Assembly (NCBI GenBank): GCA_963804955.1
Contig: CAWDSQ010000030.1
Coordinates: 256,001-320,000 of the forward strand
Reading direction: 5' to 3'
Source of the DNA: an uncultured delta proteobacterium
Lineage (GTDB): Bacteria; Desulfobacterota; WTBG01; CAIYCZ01; CAIRTM01
Length of the DNA: 64,000 nt
Part shown: piece by piece, positions 43,859 to 54,655 of the stretch
Layout: the number at the start of each line of letters is the position of its first letter
Numbering within the stretch: position 1 is the stretch's first letter
Notes under the pieces: model-generated
Seen by the model: only the letters and a program-made list of their open reading frames with translations
Told to the model about the DNA's origin: nothing
Database searches by the model: none
Translations under genes and position numbers: made by a program

Positions 43859-44275
43859 GAAGAAATAAGAAATAAAAAGCTGGAATGAAGAAACATGAAT
43901 ATGATTTGAGGGATAGCTCGTAGGGTGCGCCGTGCGCACCGATATTCTCTGAATTCTGCCTTCTATTTTTCTGCCCACCGAACCCCGACCCCTGTACCCT
44001 GTTTTTCTGCGCTACGCCCTCTGAAAGAAAAGGGGTCAGGTCTACGTTTGACTTATGAACGCGGAGAGGTGTCGATGGACTAATCTATATTTTGATATTT
44101 CTGTATGCTGGAAAATAAAGGGGGCAGCAGCGCCCTTAACTAAAAAATTTATCTAGATGAGCTGACAAAACACGACAGCAAACCTTGATATCTTTTTGCT
44201 GTAAAGACGAAGCCCTTGAAGACAGCGCCAATCTCCCGGCCCCCGATAGAGCTGCAGAGTAACAGAGGTGGAAAA

Positions 44276-44581
44276 TTATTTACAACAAGGATTGAAGTTT
44301 TTATCTTTTAAATAGCGATAACCATCCGGGCATTTAATGCAGCGCTTGAGAGGCGACTTGGTGTAAAAATACCCTTGTGGGCATTTTACACATGTATTTC
44401 TCTCCGAAAGAGTATAGGTCGATGGGCAACTGCCGTCTGAACTAACTTTCATCTCACTTTCTATTGAAACCTCACTGAACCCCACACAGTCTTCTGCGCA
44501 ATAGGTTTGCGGTGTTTGGGTTACTACAAAAAAAGTCACTGTTAACAATACAATTAAGAAAAAAAACACGTACTTTTTCAT
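44276..44581 (-). CDS. Small Cys-rich secreted hypothetical protein
   Basis: Signal peptide; repeated CxKCPxGY; GAGGA RBS. Confidence 0.65.
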   Translation of the reverse strand: MKKYVFFFLIVLLTVTFFVVTQTPQTYCAEDCVGFSEVSIESEMKVSSDGSCPSTYTLSERNTCVKCPQGYFYTKSPLKRCIKCPDGYRYLKDKNFNPCCK

Positions 44582-44620
44582 GATATATCCTCGTAAAAAG
44601 AAAAGTTAAATTTCTGCACC

Positions 44621-44823
44621 TGGAGCATTTATCTAAATCTTGTAACCGAAAATCAAAAAACAGATGAGAGCGTTAGCTGTATGACAGCATTTGTTGTCAT
44701 TCCCGCATGACGGGAATCCCTTTTGGTGTGCTGAAAAATGATTCCGGACAAGCCGATGACCAGGGTCTGTTTCGCTCGCCAACACATCAATAATGGTTAT
44801 AGTAAAATGTTAAATGCTCTAAG
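44621..44823. mobile_element. MITE-like element, copy 2
   Basis: Homologous to 5584-5787; ends gagcattt...aaatgctct. Confidence 0.7.
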
Positions 44824-44884
44824 GAAGAAATAGTTTATATATACTTCCCTGCTCATTTTTTGAATAAATAGGTACAGAATTTGG

Positions 44885-44966
44885 ACGCGCCATCTTTGAT
44901 GCCTGCCTCGTCAAACCCTTTTTTCTCAGGATGCCGCTGTCGAACTGGCTGCAGGGGCTGCCGTCG
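44885..44966 (-). pseudogene. Degenerate duplicate of the queC 3' end
   Basis: Matches 46079-46160; encodes [13 protein letters not shown]. Confidence 0.8.
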
Positions 44967-44979
44967 GGAGGCTTTGCCG

Positions 44980-45496
44980 CTATCCCTCCAGCGACGGTTT
45001 TTCATGCACAAAAAACCATTGCGCTGGATCTTCCAGATACAGCAGCGTTTCTCTGAGCGACCTGAAATGTTCAAGCTCCATGGCAGCCATGCGGGCGAAA
45101 AAAAATTTTTCTTCGGGAGATTCTCCCGCACGTACTCAGGTTTTCATACAGGGTATACCCCTTTGTTTCAAAAGCAATGGCAACCTTGAGGGCATCGTGA
45201 TCATCCGGATCAACCGGCGACTTGTCGGTGGTTGATCGCGCAATATCAAACAGATGCTGCATGGCAACGGTATCGCTGCTGTCTGAGGTTATGTATTCAG
45301 GCCACGTTCCCCTGGCGGTAAGCTCTCCATGAATTCTCTGCAGGCGTTCAAAATGTTCCTGCTCATCGTCGGCAATGCGGGCAAACATTCCTTTAGCAAC
45401 GGGGTTTTTCGCCTTGCTGCTGTGCAGCAGATAAAAATTCCGCTCATGAATTTCGTTTTCAAGAGCGAGGTCAATCGACTTGAATTCGTTTTTCAT
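44980..45496 (-). CDS. Ferritin-like/rubrerythrin-family protein (frameshift near 45125)
   Basis: ALENEIHERNFY, DEQEH, AIAFETKG, ELEH...DPAQWFFVHEKPSLEG*. Confidence 0.82.
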
Positions 45497-45724
45497 AGGC
45501 ACCTCTTGGTAAAAAAAACAGTGTTAGCTCCTTCAGGGCAGGAAATCCTCATCATTGCACATGCCATTCCCGTTTGGTTAGTTTGTGAATTATGACAGGT
45601 ATATAAAGATTTGATGTAGCATATTTTTCCAAGCATTCAACAGGTAATCGAACCAGGTTCTTCGGCCGGGTGATTTTACGAATGCATTCACTTCGGGTTC
45701 AGCCCCGCGGCTTACCATATATCC

Positions 45725-45792
45725 CTTCATTCCGGCGAAAGCCGGAATCCAGTAAAAAGCAGACTGGATGCCGGATCAAGTCCGGCATGACG
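45725..45792. repeat. REP/RPE-like double hairpin
   Basis: cattccggcgaaagccggaatccag...ctggatgccggatcaagtccggcatgac. Confidence 0.65.
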
Positions 45793-46067
45793 AAACAACT
45801 TTAATACGCCGCTGCTTGCGGCAGGGGGGAGTAAAAACAGACAGGAGGCAGAAATAAGAAAGGCTGTAGGCTGTTAGGCTGTCGGCGGAAGGAACAGGAA
45901 AGGCTGCCAGGCGTAAAAACAGTAGTCAGTATCGCAGAAGTCAGAAAAGCGAGAAGCGTGGATCGAAAGGCAGGGAGCAAAAAGACGACAGTAGTGAGTA
46001 GGGATTTTGTAGGGGCGTTCGGCTGAACGCCCAGGGTCTGCGGATGAATCAACCCCCGCAGGGAGCA

Positions 46068-46763
46068 TCAGACTTTATACGCGCCATCCTTGATGCCTGC
46101 CTCGTCAAACCCTTTTTTCCGAAGGATGCAGCTGTCGCACCGGCCGCAGGGGCTGCCGCCAGGCAGCGGGTCGTAGCAGCTGTGGGTCAGGCTGTAGTCG
46201 ACGCCCAGGGCTGCGCCTGCTGTGATGATCTCGGCTTTGGTCATGTGCAGAAGGGGGGCATGAATCTGTATTTTTGTGGTTCCTTCCACGCCGGCTTTTG
46301 TTGCAAGGTTTGCCATGGCTTCAAAGGCAGCTATGTAGTCGGGCCTGCAGTCGGGGTAGCCCGAATAGTCCAGGGCATTGACGCCGATGAAGATATCGGC
46401 AGCGCCGAGAACCTCGGCCCAGGCAAGGGCATAGGACAAAAAGATGGTGTTGCGCGCAGGCACATAGGTGACGGGAATCTCTCCCTCCATGTCCTTTTGG
46501 GACCTGCCTTTGGGCACATCGATAGCGTCGGTGAGGGCGGAGCCGCCGATTTTGTCCAGATCGAGGTTCAGCACGAGGTGCTGGGCAACATTGAAAAAAC
46601 GCGAAACCCTTTCCGCTGCTGCAATTTCAATGTCGTGCCGCTGGCCGTAGCGGAAGCTGAGGCTGTAGATTTCGTAGCCCTGTTTTTTTGCCATGGCCAT
46701 GACGGTTGTGGAATCAACGCCGCCGCTGCACAGCACAACGGCGCGGGTGGTTTGATGAGGCAT
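46068..46763 (-). CDS. queC: 7-cyano-7-deazaguanine synthase
   Basis: SGGVDS, YGQRH, TYVPARN, GYPDCRP, SCY, CGRCDSC. Confidence 0.96.
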   Translation of the reverse strand: MPHQTTRAVVLCSGGVDSTTVMAMAKKQGYEIYSLSFRYGQRHDIEIAAAERVSRFFNVAQHLVLNLDLDKIGGSALTDAIDVPKGRSQKDMEGEIPVTYVPARNTIFLSYALAWAEVLGAADIFIGVNALDYSGYPDCRPDYIAAFEAMANLATKAGVEGTTKIQIHAPLLHMTKAEIITAGAALGVDYSLTHSCYDPLPGGSPCGRCDSCILRKKGFDEAGIKDGAYKV

Positions 46764-47104
46764 GGCTGTCTCCTTTAACAAATGTTCACCGCCCGTAGCG
46801 TGCGCTTGAGACGCAGAGAACGCTGAGTGCTTATTTTTTCCCTTTCTGCTGAGAGGGCAGAAAGCGAAAAGCAATCTCCATGGCAAGGCGGGAAGACTTT
46901 TATGTTTCGCCCTGCTCTGCGAACCATAAAAAATCCCTACTCCTACTGCGTCTTTGTGCTCCTTGCCTTTCGATTCTGAATTCTGGGGTTCGCCAACGTT
47001 TCTCCGCCTACAGCCTAACAGTCTATAGATTACGCCTTTCGCTGTTCCTACCGCCTACAGTCGAACAGCCTAATGCCTTTCTTGCATCTGACTTCTGCCC
47101 CGGC

Positions 47105-48479
47105 CTATTTCACCAGGGCAGTGTGAATGGCCAGCAGCGCCTTGTCGGCATCCTCGTCATCGATGACGCAGGAGATATTGATCTCCGATGCGCCCTGGGA
47201 GATCATTTCGATATTGACGCCCTCGGCGGCCAGCACTGAAAACATTTTTCCCGCAAGCCCCACGCAGTGCTTCTGCCCGCGGCCCACAAGGCTGACAATA
47301 GCCATATCCTTGTTGACGGAAACGCGGCCCAGATGCTCCAGGTCCGCCATGGCTGCGGCAAGGCGGTCGGTTTTTTCAACGGTGACCGACACATTGACCT
47401 CGGAGGTCGAGATCAGGTCGATGACGATGCCGTGCTTTTCGAAAACATTGAACACCTTGGCCATGAAGCCGTAGGCCATGAGCATGCGGTTGGAGTTGAT
47501 GTTGACGACCGTGATGCCCCGCTTGGCTGTTATTGCCGTGGCAGGCTTGGCCGGAGACAGGCTGTCGGCGCTGGGGTCGACAATGGTGCCGGGCAGCTCG
47601 GGCTTGAAGGTGTTTTTAATGTGGATCGGTATGCCCACCCGCACGACCTGCTCCATGGTGAACGGGTGAATGACCTCGGAGCCGTAGTAGGTCAGCTCGG
47701 CTGCTTCTTCGGGCGTGATGGCCGGCAGTACCACGGCACCCGGCACCTTGCGCGGGTCGGCGGAGAAAACGCCATCGACTTCTTTCCATATCTGCAGCTC
47801 CCGCGCGCCGATGGCTGCCGCGGCAAGGGCTGCGGTCAGGTCGGTATAGCCCCGGCCGATGCTGTTGATGATGCCCCCGGGCACAAAGCCGAAATAGCCG
47901 GTGAGCACGGCCACCTTGTGGCCGCAGGCCTCGATGCGGCTGCGCAGACGGGTCTGCGTGTAGGCGTAGAAATCCTGGCCCGCCTCCTTAAACTTTTTTT
48001 GGATGATCAGCGAGAGGTCCACAAATTCGGCATCGATGCCCATGCTGTTGAGAAGGCCCGCAAAGATACAGGCCGAGAGCTTCTCTCCCATGCCGATGAC
48101 GACATCCTGCGACCGCGTGGACATTTCGCCGATAATGCTGATGGCTCCGAGAAACGATTTAAGCCCCCGCAGCTCTTCTTTGATTTGCTCGCTGACCTGC
48201 TCGCCGCAGCTCTCCGGTCATGAGCTCGTTGACAGCTTCCAGATGATGCTCTTCGATGGAATCGATGATGCCGTGAAAGTCTTTTTTTGCAAGGGCCGCA
48301 TCGGCTGCCTCGATGAGCTTGCTTGTGGTGCCCTCGGCTTTCACATAGCTGCTCATGGCCGACAGGGCCAGCACAACCCGGTCGCTTTTCAGGCTGTTTT
48401 TAACAATATCGGCAACCCCGCGCATGCGGTCGGCCTTGCCAAGGCTCGTTCCGCCGAATTTCTGAACAATGTACTTCAT
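47105..48479 (-). CDS. lysC: Aspartate kinase (frameshift near 48190)
   Basis: VQKFGGTS, GRGYTD, WKEVDG, ADPR, two ACT domains. Confidence 0.92.
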
Positions 48480-48640
48480 GGTGCTCCTTTCCGGACTGTT
48501 GAAAAATAGATTTAACTATATAAGTTTACGTGTGTTTTTTTGCAAGCTAAATTTTTGCCGGGAGAGCGGTTTTATGCTTTTTCATCACCTGCCGCGCGCG
48601 CGCAGGGGAAGGTTTAAATTGTTCACATTTAGTATTCTAA

Positions 48641-49472
<832 letters not shown>

Positions 49473-49634
49473 ATGTAAAGAGCCTGTAGGCGTTTAGGCC
49501 GCAGGCTGTAGCAGAGGGCAAAGGCGAAAGACAAGAAAGAAGCCGGTCCGCCGCAGCGTAGAGAATTTAGAATGTGAACCCTGATACAGGTGTTTTCAAT
49601 GAATGATTTAATAACCAGCTAAGGAGGATCTGAA

Positions 49635-50448
49635 ATGAATCTCAAGGATAAAGTCGCAATCATCACTGGAGCAAGCAAGGGCATCGGGAAGGCAATGGCA
49701 TATATTCTTGCTGACGAGGGTTGCCATATTGTATGCGCTGCGCGCTCTGTTGATAAACTCGAGCAGGTGGTAGCCGCTATTCGGGCAAAGGGGCGCAGGG
49801 CCCTGGCCGTGGGCACGGATGTGAGCGACCGGAAGTCGGTACAGAGCATGGTTGCCGCCGCCATGGCGGAGTTCGGCAGGATTGATATTCTCATCAACAA
49901 TGCCGGCGGCCCTCTTGCCGGCATTCCCGGCATGGCGCGGCCCGTGAACGACTCAAATGAATTTTTTGATGTGATGGAGAAAATGACGTTTATCAATATT
50001 GACGACGCAAGACTGGGACCTGATTTTTAATATAAACTTTTACGGCGCGGTCTATGCAACAAAGGCAGTGCTGCCTATTATGATAAAGCAGGGATCGGGG
50101 CATATTATCAATACAAGTTCAAAGGCGGGAAAGATAAAAGCCGATATCGTGCCCGGCATGATAGCCTATGCAACCGCCAAGGGCGCTCTGTCGCGCTTTA
50201 CGGAAGCGCTTGCCTATGAGCTGATGTGCGAAGTCTCCCCGATACGGGTCAACGCCATAAGCCCCGGCAATGTTGCCGTTACGATGCATGAGAACCTGCC
50301 GCCTGAAGAGCTGGAGGGCTACCGCAAGCCGGAAGATATAAAGGATATTCTGCTGTTCGTGCTGGATGAGGAAAAGTCGGTCAGCGGCGAAATCTACGGC
50401 TCGGAGACCATGAAATCCTGGTATCAGGAGATACAGGAGGGGATATAG
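49635..50448 (+). CDS. SDR-family oxidoreductase (frameshift near 50005)
   Basis: TGASKGIG, INNAG, YATAK, VNAISPG. Confidence 0.88.
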
Positions 50449-50572
50449 CAGGAAAGATCAGCGCCTAAAATATTTAGGCCTCAGTCTGGCGCAGGGCTGT
50501 TTTAGATGTTATTAGATTAGAAATACCTATTAATGTGCCGGACTCCAGAGTTTTGAACCGGGTGCATGCACC

Positions 50573-50606
50573 CAGGGGCGGTCCGGTATGGGACCGCCCT
50601 TTTTTT
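50573..50606 (+). terminator. Intrinsic terminator
   Basis: gggcggtcc-ggtatg-ggaccgccc followed by T7. Confidence 0.7.
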
Positions 50607-50646
50607 AACGATACGGCTCATAAGCCGGATAGCGTAGCAAGAGCCC

Positions 50647-52182
50647 ATGAACCCATCGCCTGACAAGATTACCTCCATCGGTTACGGCCGGCGCAAGAAG
50701 GCCGACCCGTCAAGCGGCCGCAGCCATGCCTCGCAGCGCAATGAAAAACGCCTTAGGGGGGTTGAGCAGGAGCAGGCCGGGCCTGCAGCCGCAGATGAAC
50801 TGTCGCACACCGGCCATTCCGCAGTCAACGTCCTGCTGAATACGCCTTTTGATGCCGTGTGCGTGCTTGATGCCGAGGGTAGAGTCCTTGATCTCAATGA
50901 GGTCGCTGTCATGAGACTGGGAAAGCCGAGAACGGCTCTTGCAGATCACGTAATCTGGGATTTTTTTCCTCCCCATGTTTCCCGTTTCAGAAAACAGCAC
51001 ATAGACGGGGTCTTTGCATCCGGCAATCCTGTGCGTTTTGAGGATGAACGCGACGGGATATGGACTGACAGTATCGTATACCCGATTCACAATCCCGATG
51101 GCCTGGTGGCCGGCGTTGTTGTCGTAGCCCATGACATTACCGAGCTCAGGCTGGCAGAACGCGAGCTGCGCAGGAGCACACGAATGCTTGAAAACGCGCA
51201 GCGTATGGCACGGGTCGGCAACTGGGATGTTGATCTGATCGTCCGAACTACGCGGTGGTCGGATGAGCTGTACCGGATACTCGGGTATGCTCCCGGTGAA
51301 GTTGAGCCGACGGTTGATTTTTTTGCAAAGCATATCCACCCCGATGATCTCGATCAATTTCTCAACCGCAGCAAAAAGCACGGCGTGGGAGATTATAACC
51401 TTCTTGGTACGCAGGCGGAATACCGGCTTGTCTCCCGCGACGGCTCACAGAAGTGGGTCATGGGCAACACCGAGGCTGAATATGATGATGAGGGGAACAT
51501 CTGCCGCATCTCCGGCACGGTTCAGGATATAACCGACCGAAGGCAGATGGAAGAGGTGCTGCGGTGCAATGAGGAGAAATTCCGCAGCCTTTTTATGGGC
51601 TCCGGCGAAGGTATTGTTCTGTATGATAATTACTGGCGGATTATAGGATGGAACAGGGCCATGGAGCGCATCACCGGCCGGGCTGAGCAGGATTTTATCA
51701 GCAAATATGCCTGGGATATGGCCTATGAGTTTCTTCCCGCAGACATGAAAAAGCCTGCCATGCTCGACATGCTCAAAGCCCAGCACGCCACATTTCTATC
51801 GCACCAGGATTTTGCCGTCGGCGAATTCAATATCTTTGTCGAGGACGGGGCATCCCGGACTATTTCCTATACGACATTTAAAATACCGGCAGGGGCTGAA
51901 TTTATGTATGGCAGCATTTTGCGTGACATAACCGACCGTAAGATGGTAGAAGCTGAACGTGAGCATCTGATCGCAGAGCTTACCGATGCCCTTGCCCAGA
52001 TAAAAACGCTGAAAGGCCTGCTGCCGATCTGCTCATCCTGCAAGAAAATCAGGGATGACATGGGGTACTGGAATACGCTGGAATTATATATCATGGAGCA
52101 TACCGATGCCGAATTTACGCATGGCATCTGCCCCGACTGCATCAGGAAGTTTTTTCCGGAAGCCTGTGAGGATGACGAGTAA
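50647..52182 (+). CDS. Triple-PAS sensor with C-terminal Cys-motif domain
   Basis: Three PAS/PAC units (HDITE, QDITD, RDITD); LPICSSCKKIRD...THGICPDC; no kinase or GGDEF domain. Confidence 0.85.
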   Translation: MNPSPDKITSIGYGRRKKADPSSGRSHASQRNEKRLRGVEQEQAGPAAADELSHTGHSAVNVLLNTPFDAVCVLDAEGRVLDLNEVAVMRLGKPRTALADHVIWDFFPPHVSRFRKQHIDGVFASGNPVRFEDERDGIWTDSIVYPIHNPDGLVAGVVVVAHDITELRLAERELRRSTRMLENAQRMARVGNWDVDLIVRTTRWSDELYRILGYAPGEVEPTVDFFAKHIHPDDLDQFLNRSKKHGVGDYNLLGTQAEYRLVSRDGSQKWVMGNTEAEYDDEGNICRISGTVQDITDRRQMEEVLRCNEEKFRSLFMGSGEGIVLYDNYWRIIGWNRAMERITGRAEQDFISKYAWDMAYEFLPADMKKPAMLDMLKAQHATFLSHQDFAVGEFNIFVEDGASRTISYTTFKIPAGAEFMYGSILRDITDRKMVEAEREHLIAELTDALAQIKTLKGLLPICSSCKKIRDDMGYWNTLELYIMEHTDAEFTHGICPDCIRKFFPEACEDDE

Positions 52183-52259
52183 TGCAACGATGACGCGCGA
52201 GCTGTGTTAGAGTATACCGGAGAGGGGCAGTGAGCGCGCAGAGGGGAAGGATACAGACA

Positions 52260-53235
52260 ATGCGTACAGTTCTCGTATGGCTGGCTTGTGCAGCTTTTAT
52301 TTTTTGCGGCCAGGCGTGTAAAAAGATTGCAGCTCCGCCGGGACAGGCCGATGCGGGCTATGGCTCAGGCCAGAACTACATAAGCGACAGCTATACCCGC
52401 CAGAGCGTCGGCAGTGACGCCGATGGAACCAGGGTATGGTACTATGTGCCCCATACGCTCAAAAACGGCATCAGCGCTCCCGGGGTCATTTTTCTGCATG
52501 GCTATACCGCAATCGATCCTGAAATTTATTACGGCCATATAGAGCATCTGGTGAAACAGGGCTATATCGTTATATATCCCGTATACCAGATATCCGGCGA
52601 GATGGGCTCCGCAGAGGATCTCGACCAGACGGTTATGCTTGAGCGTGCCGTTGACGCTGTCGATAAGGCCCTTGAAGCTTTAGGCGATACGGTCGAGACG
52701 GGCAGCCTTACCGCCTACGGACATTCCCTGGGCGGGCTGTTCGCTTTCTGCTGGCAGGGCGCAGGCGGCGCACCGGTTCGCCGGATTGTCATGTCGCATG
52801 CCAATATGGACCCGTCGACGGGCATACCTGCTTTTGCCATCGGCCGCGTGACGCTTATCGACTACACCGACCCTGCATACGGCCCGGAAGTCAGGGTCCC
52901 GGTCATTATGCTGTGGGGCAATGGCGACACTGATATCGCACCGTTTTCCCAGCAGCAGGAGGCCTACGATCTGCTGGCTCATGCGCCGTCAAAGGTGCTG
53001 TATTCCGCACGCTCGGACAATCATGGGCTTCCGCAGCTTGAGCGCCAGCCATGCAGCACCCATACAGATGCTCAATGAACGCACAGGGCGGGCACAGCAG
53101 GATGCCCTTGACTACAGGTTTTATTATGCCGCCCTTGATGCCGCCCTTGACGGGCGGGACACGGTATCCTTTGCCATGGGCACCTGGAGCGACGGCACGC
53201 CGGTAAAAAAGGTGAAGCGGCTGCTGCCGGAGTAA
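52260..53235 (+). CDS. Alpha/beta-hydrolase lipoprotein (frameshift near 53040)
   Basis: Lipobox-like GQAC, FLHG, GHSLG. Confidence 0.8.
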
Positions 53236-53702
53236 CTGCACACCACATCAAATAATCCCCTCAACGAACCCCCAGCACTATCGCTGGAAAATTTTCCAAG
53301 CGATCGGTTCTGTCTGTGTGCCTGATCATGTAGACAAATTTGCCCTGTAACCAGATATCTCACTGCGGTCGAGCGACAGAATAAACCAACTGTCTTTAGA
53401 AAGACACTCTACGTCATTGAGGGGTCAGGCTTGCTCCTGGACGCTCATATTTTCAGAATGGCATCGGCCATATTCGCATAGTGCGTTCCCTTCCAGTGGG
53501 AACGACCAGAAATGAAGTCATACAGCTTTCGCACTCAACTGTTTTCTGATGTTCGGTTACAAGAATTCAGTTACGTTCTCCAGTATAGCGTATCGGCGCT
53601 GCAGTTAACGATTCAAAAATTCGCCGCTAGGGGCCGACAGCGCAATATAAAAAGGACGGATGGGCTGCTGCTCATCCGTCCGGAGGTTCCGACTTTTTGA
53701 AG

Positions 53703-53813
53703 TTACTTTACTTCCTCAAATTTGTCCGCAGGCGCGCCGCAGATGGGGCAGGTGTCGGGAGGTGTCGGGCCTTCATGAACATAACCGCAGATTTTGCAAC
53801 GCCATTTTTTCAT
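53703..53813 (-). CDS. 36-aa rubredoxin-like protein (not in ORF track)
   Basis: AAGGAG RBS; MKKWRCKICGYVHEGPTPPDTCPICGAPADKFEEVK*. Confidence 0.88.
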   Translation of the reverse strand: MKKWRCKICGYVHEGPTPPDTCPICGAPADKFEEVK

Positions 53814-53867
53814 TCCAGTTCTCCTTGTCGTAGTGTTTAGGGTCTGACCCGGGCAGCGCCGGGTGGC

Positions 53868-54611
53868 TCACGTTTGTACAGTGCCGACAGCGCCAAGGTA
53901 GACGGCTGTCTCGTTCTGTCCGTCGATGCCGATAATCTCATTGACCTCGGCGTCGAAAAAAGCGCCGATGGTGCAGCAGCCAAGGCCGAGGGCAGTTGCT
54001 GCAAGATACAGATTCTGGCCGATATGTCCCGCGTCAAGGTAGATGTAGCGGTACGCGCGCTCGTGGTATTTCCACTTGCTGCGGCCGGCAATGGCGGTCC
54101 AGATGAACGCAGCAGCGCTCTCGCTGACCATGTCCTGGCCAAGCGCTGCAATGGCAAGCGAGGCGCTGCAATCGCCGGGGCGGATGAGTTCCAGCGCCTG
54201 CCGGGCAATATTGAGGTGATACAGGCCGCAGTCAAGCCCGGTCACACGGTTTGCATGGATATATGTTTCAATCGGGTAGAGAGCTCCGGCCGAGGGTGCT
54301 GCCCGGAACAGGTTGTCATCCAGATCCTCGGTAATGCCCTGCGTGGCAAAGATGAGCAGGGCAAGCTCGTCCAGTGGCAGGGTATCTTTGGTGAAATCGC
54401 GCTGCGAGCGCCGGCTGGAAAGCGTGTCCCAAAAATCAGCCTTCTTTTCAGGCTGCACGGGCGGCAGAGGTATAATTTTTATCGCATCGGGGTAGTGCTT
54501 GTACTGCTCAGCCCGCTCAAACACGCCGGACGAGTAGACTTTCATGCCGTCGCGCAGGTATTTTGTTTCTTCCTGATATCTGTCGCCGATGCCTTTTTTT
54601 TCTTCGTTCAT
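53868..54611 (-). CDS. SagB/ThcOx-family nitroreductase-like dehydrogenase
   Basis: RRSQRDF, RAAPSAGALYP, DAGHIGQN. Confidence 0.88.
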   Translation of the reverse strand: MNEEKKGIGDRYQEETKYLRDGMKVYSSGVFERAEQYKHYPDAIKIIPLPPVQPEKKADFWDTLSSRRSQRDFTKDTLPLDELALLIFATQGITEDLDDNLFRAAPSAGALYPIETYIHANRVTGLDCGLYHLNIARQALELIRPGDCSASLAIAALGQDMVSESAAAFIWTAIAGRSKWKYHERAYRYIYLDAGHIGQNLYLAATALGLGCCTIGAFFDAEVNEIIGIDGQNETAVYLGAVGTVQT

Positions 54612-54655
54612 AGTCGCCTCAGATGTGCGCCGCAGGGGCGTATTGCCATACGCCC

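Noticed and set aside
53240..53480. Decayed transposase fragment
   Set aside because: Only a vague resemblance; no diagnostic motif could be read
53868..54611. RiPP (azole) biosynthesis cluster with the 36-aa ORF as precursor
   Set aside because: No YcaO or E1-like partner, and the small ORF is a CxxC...CxxC rubredoxin-like protein
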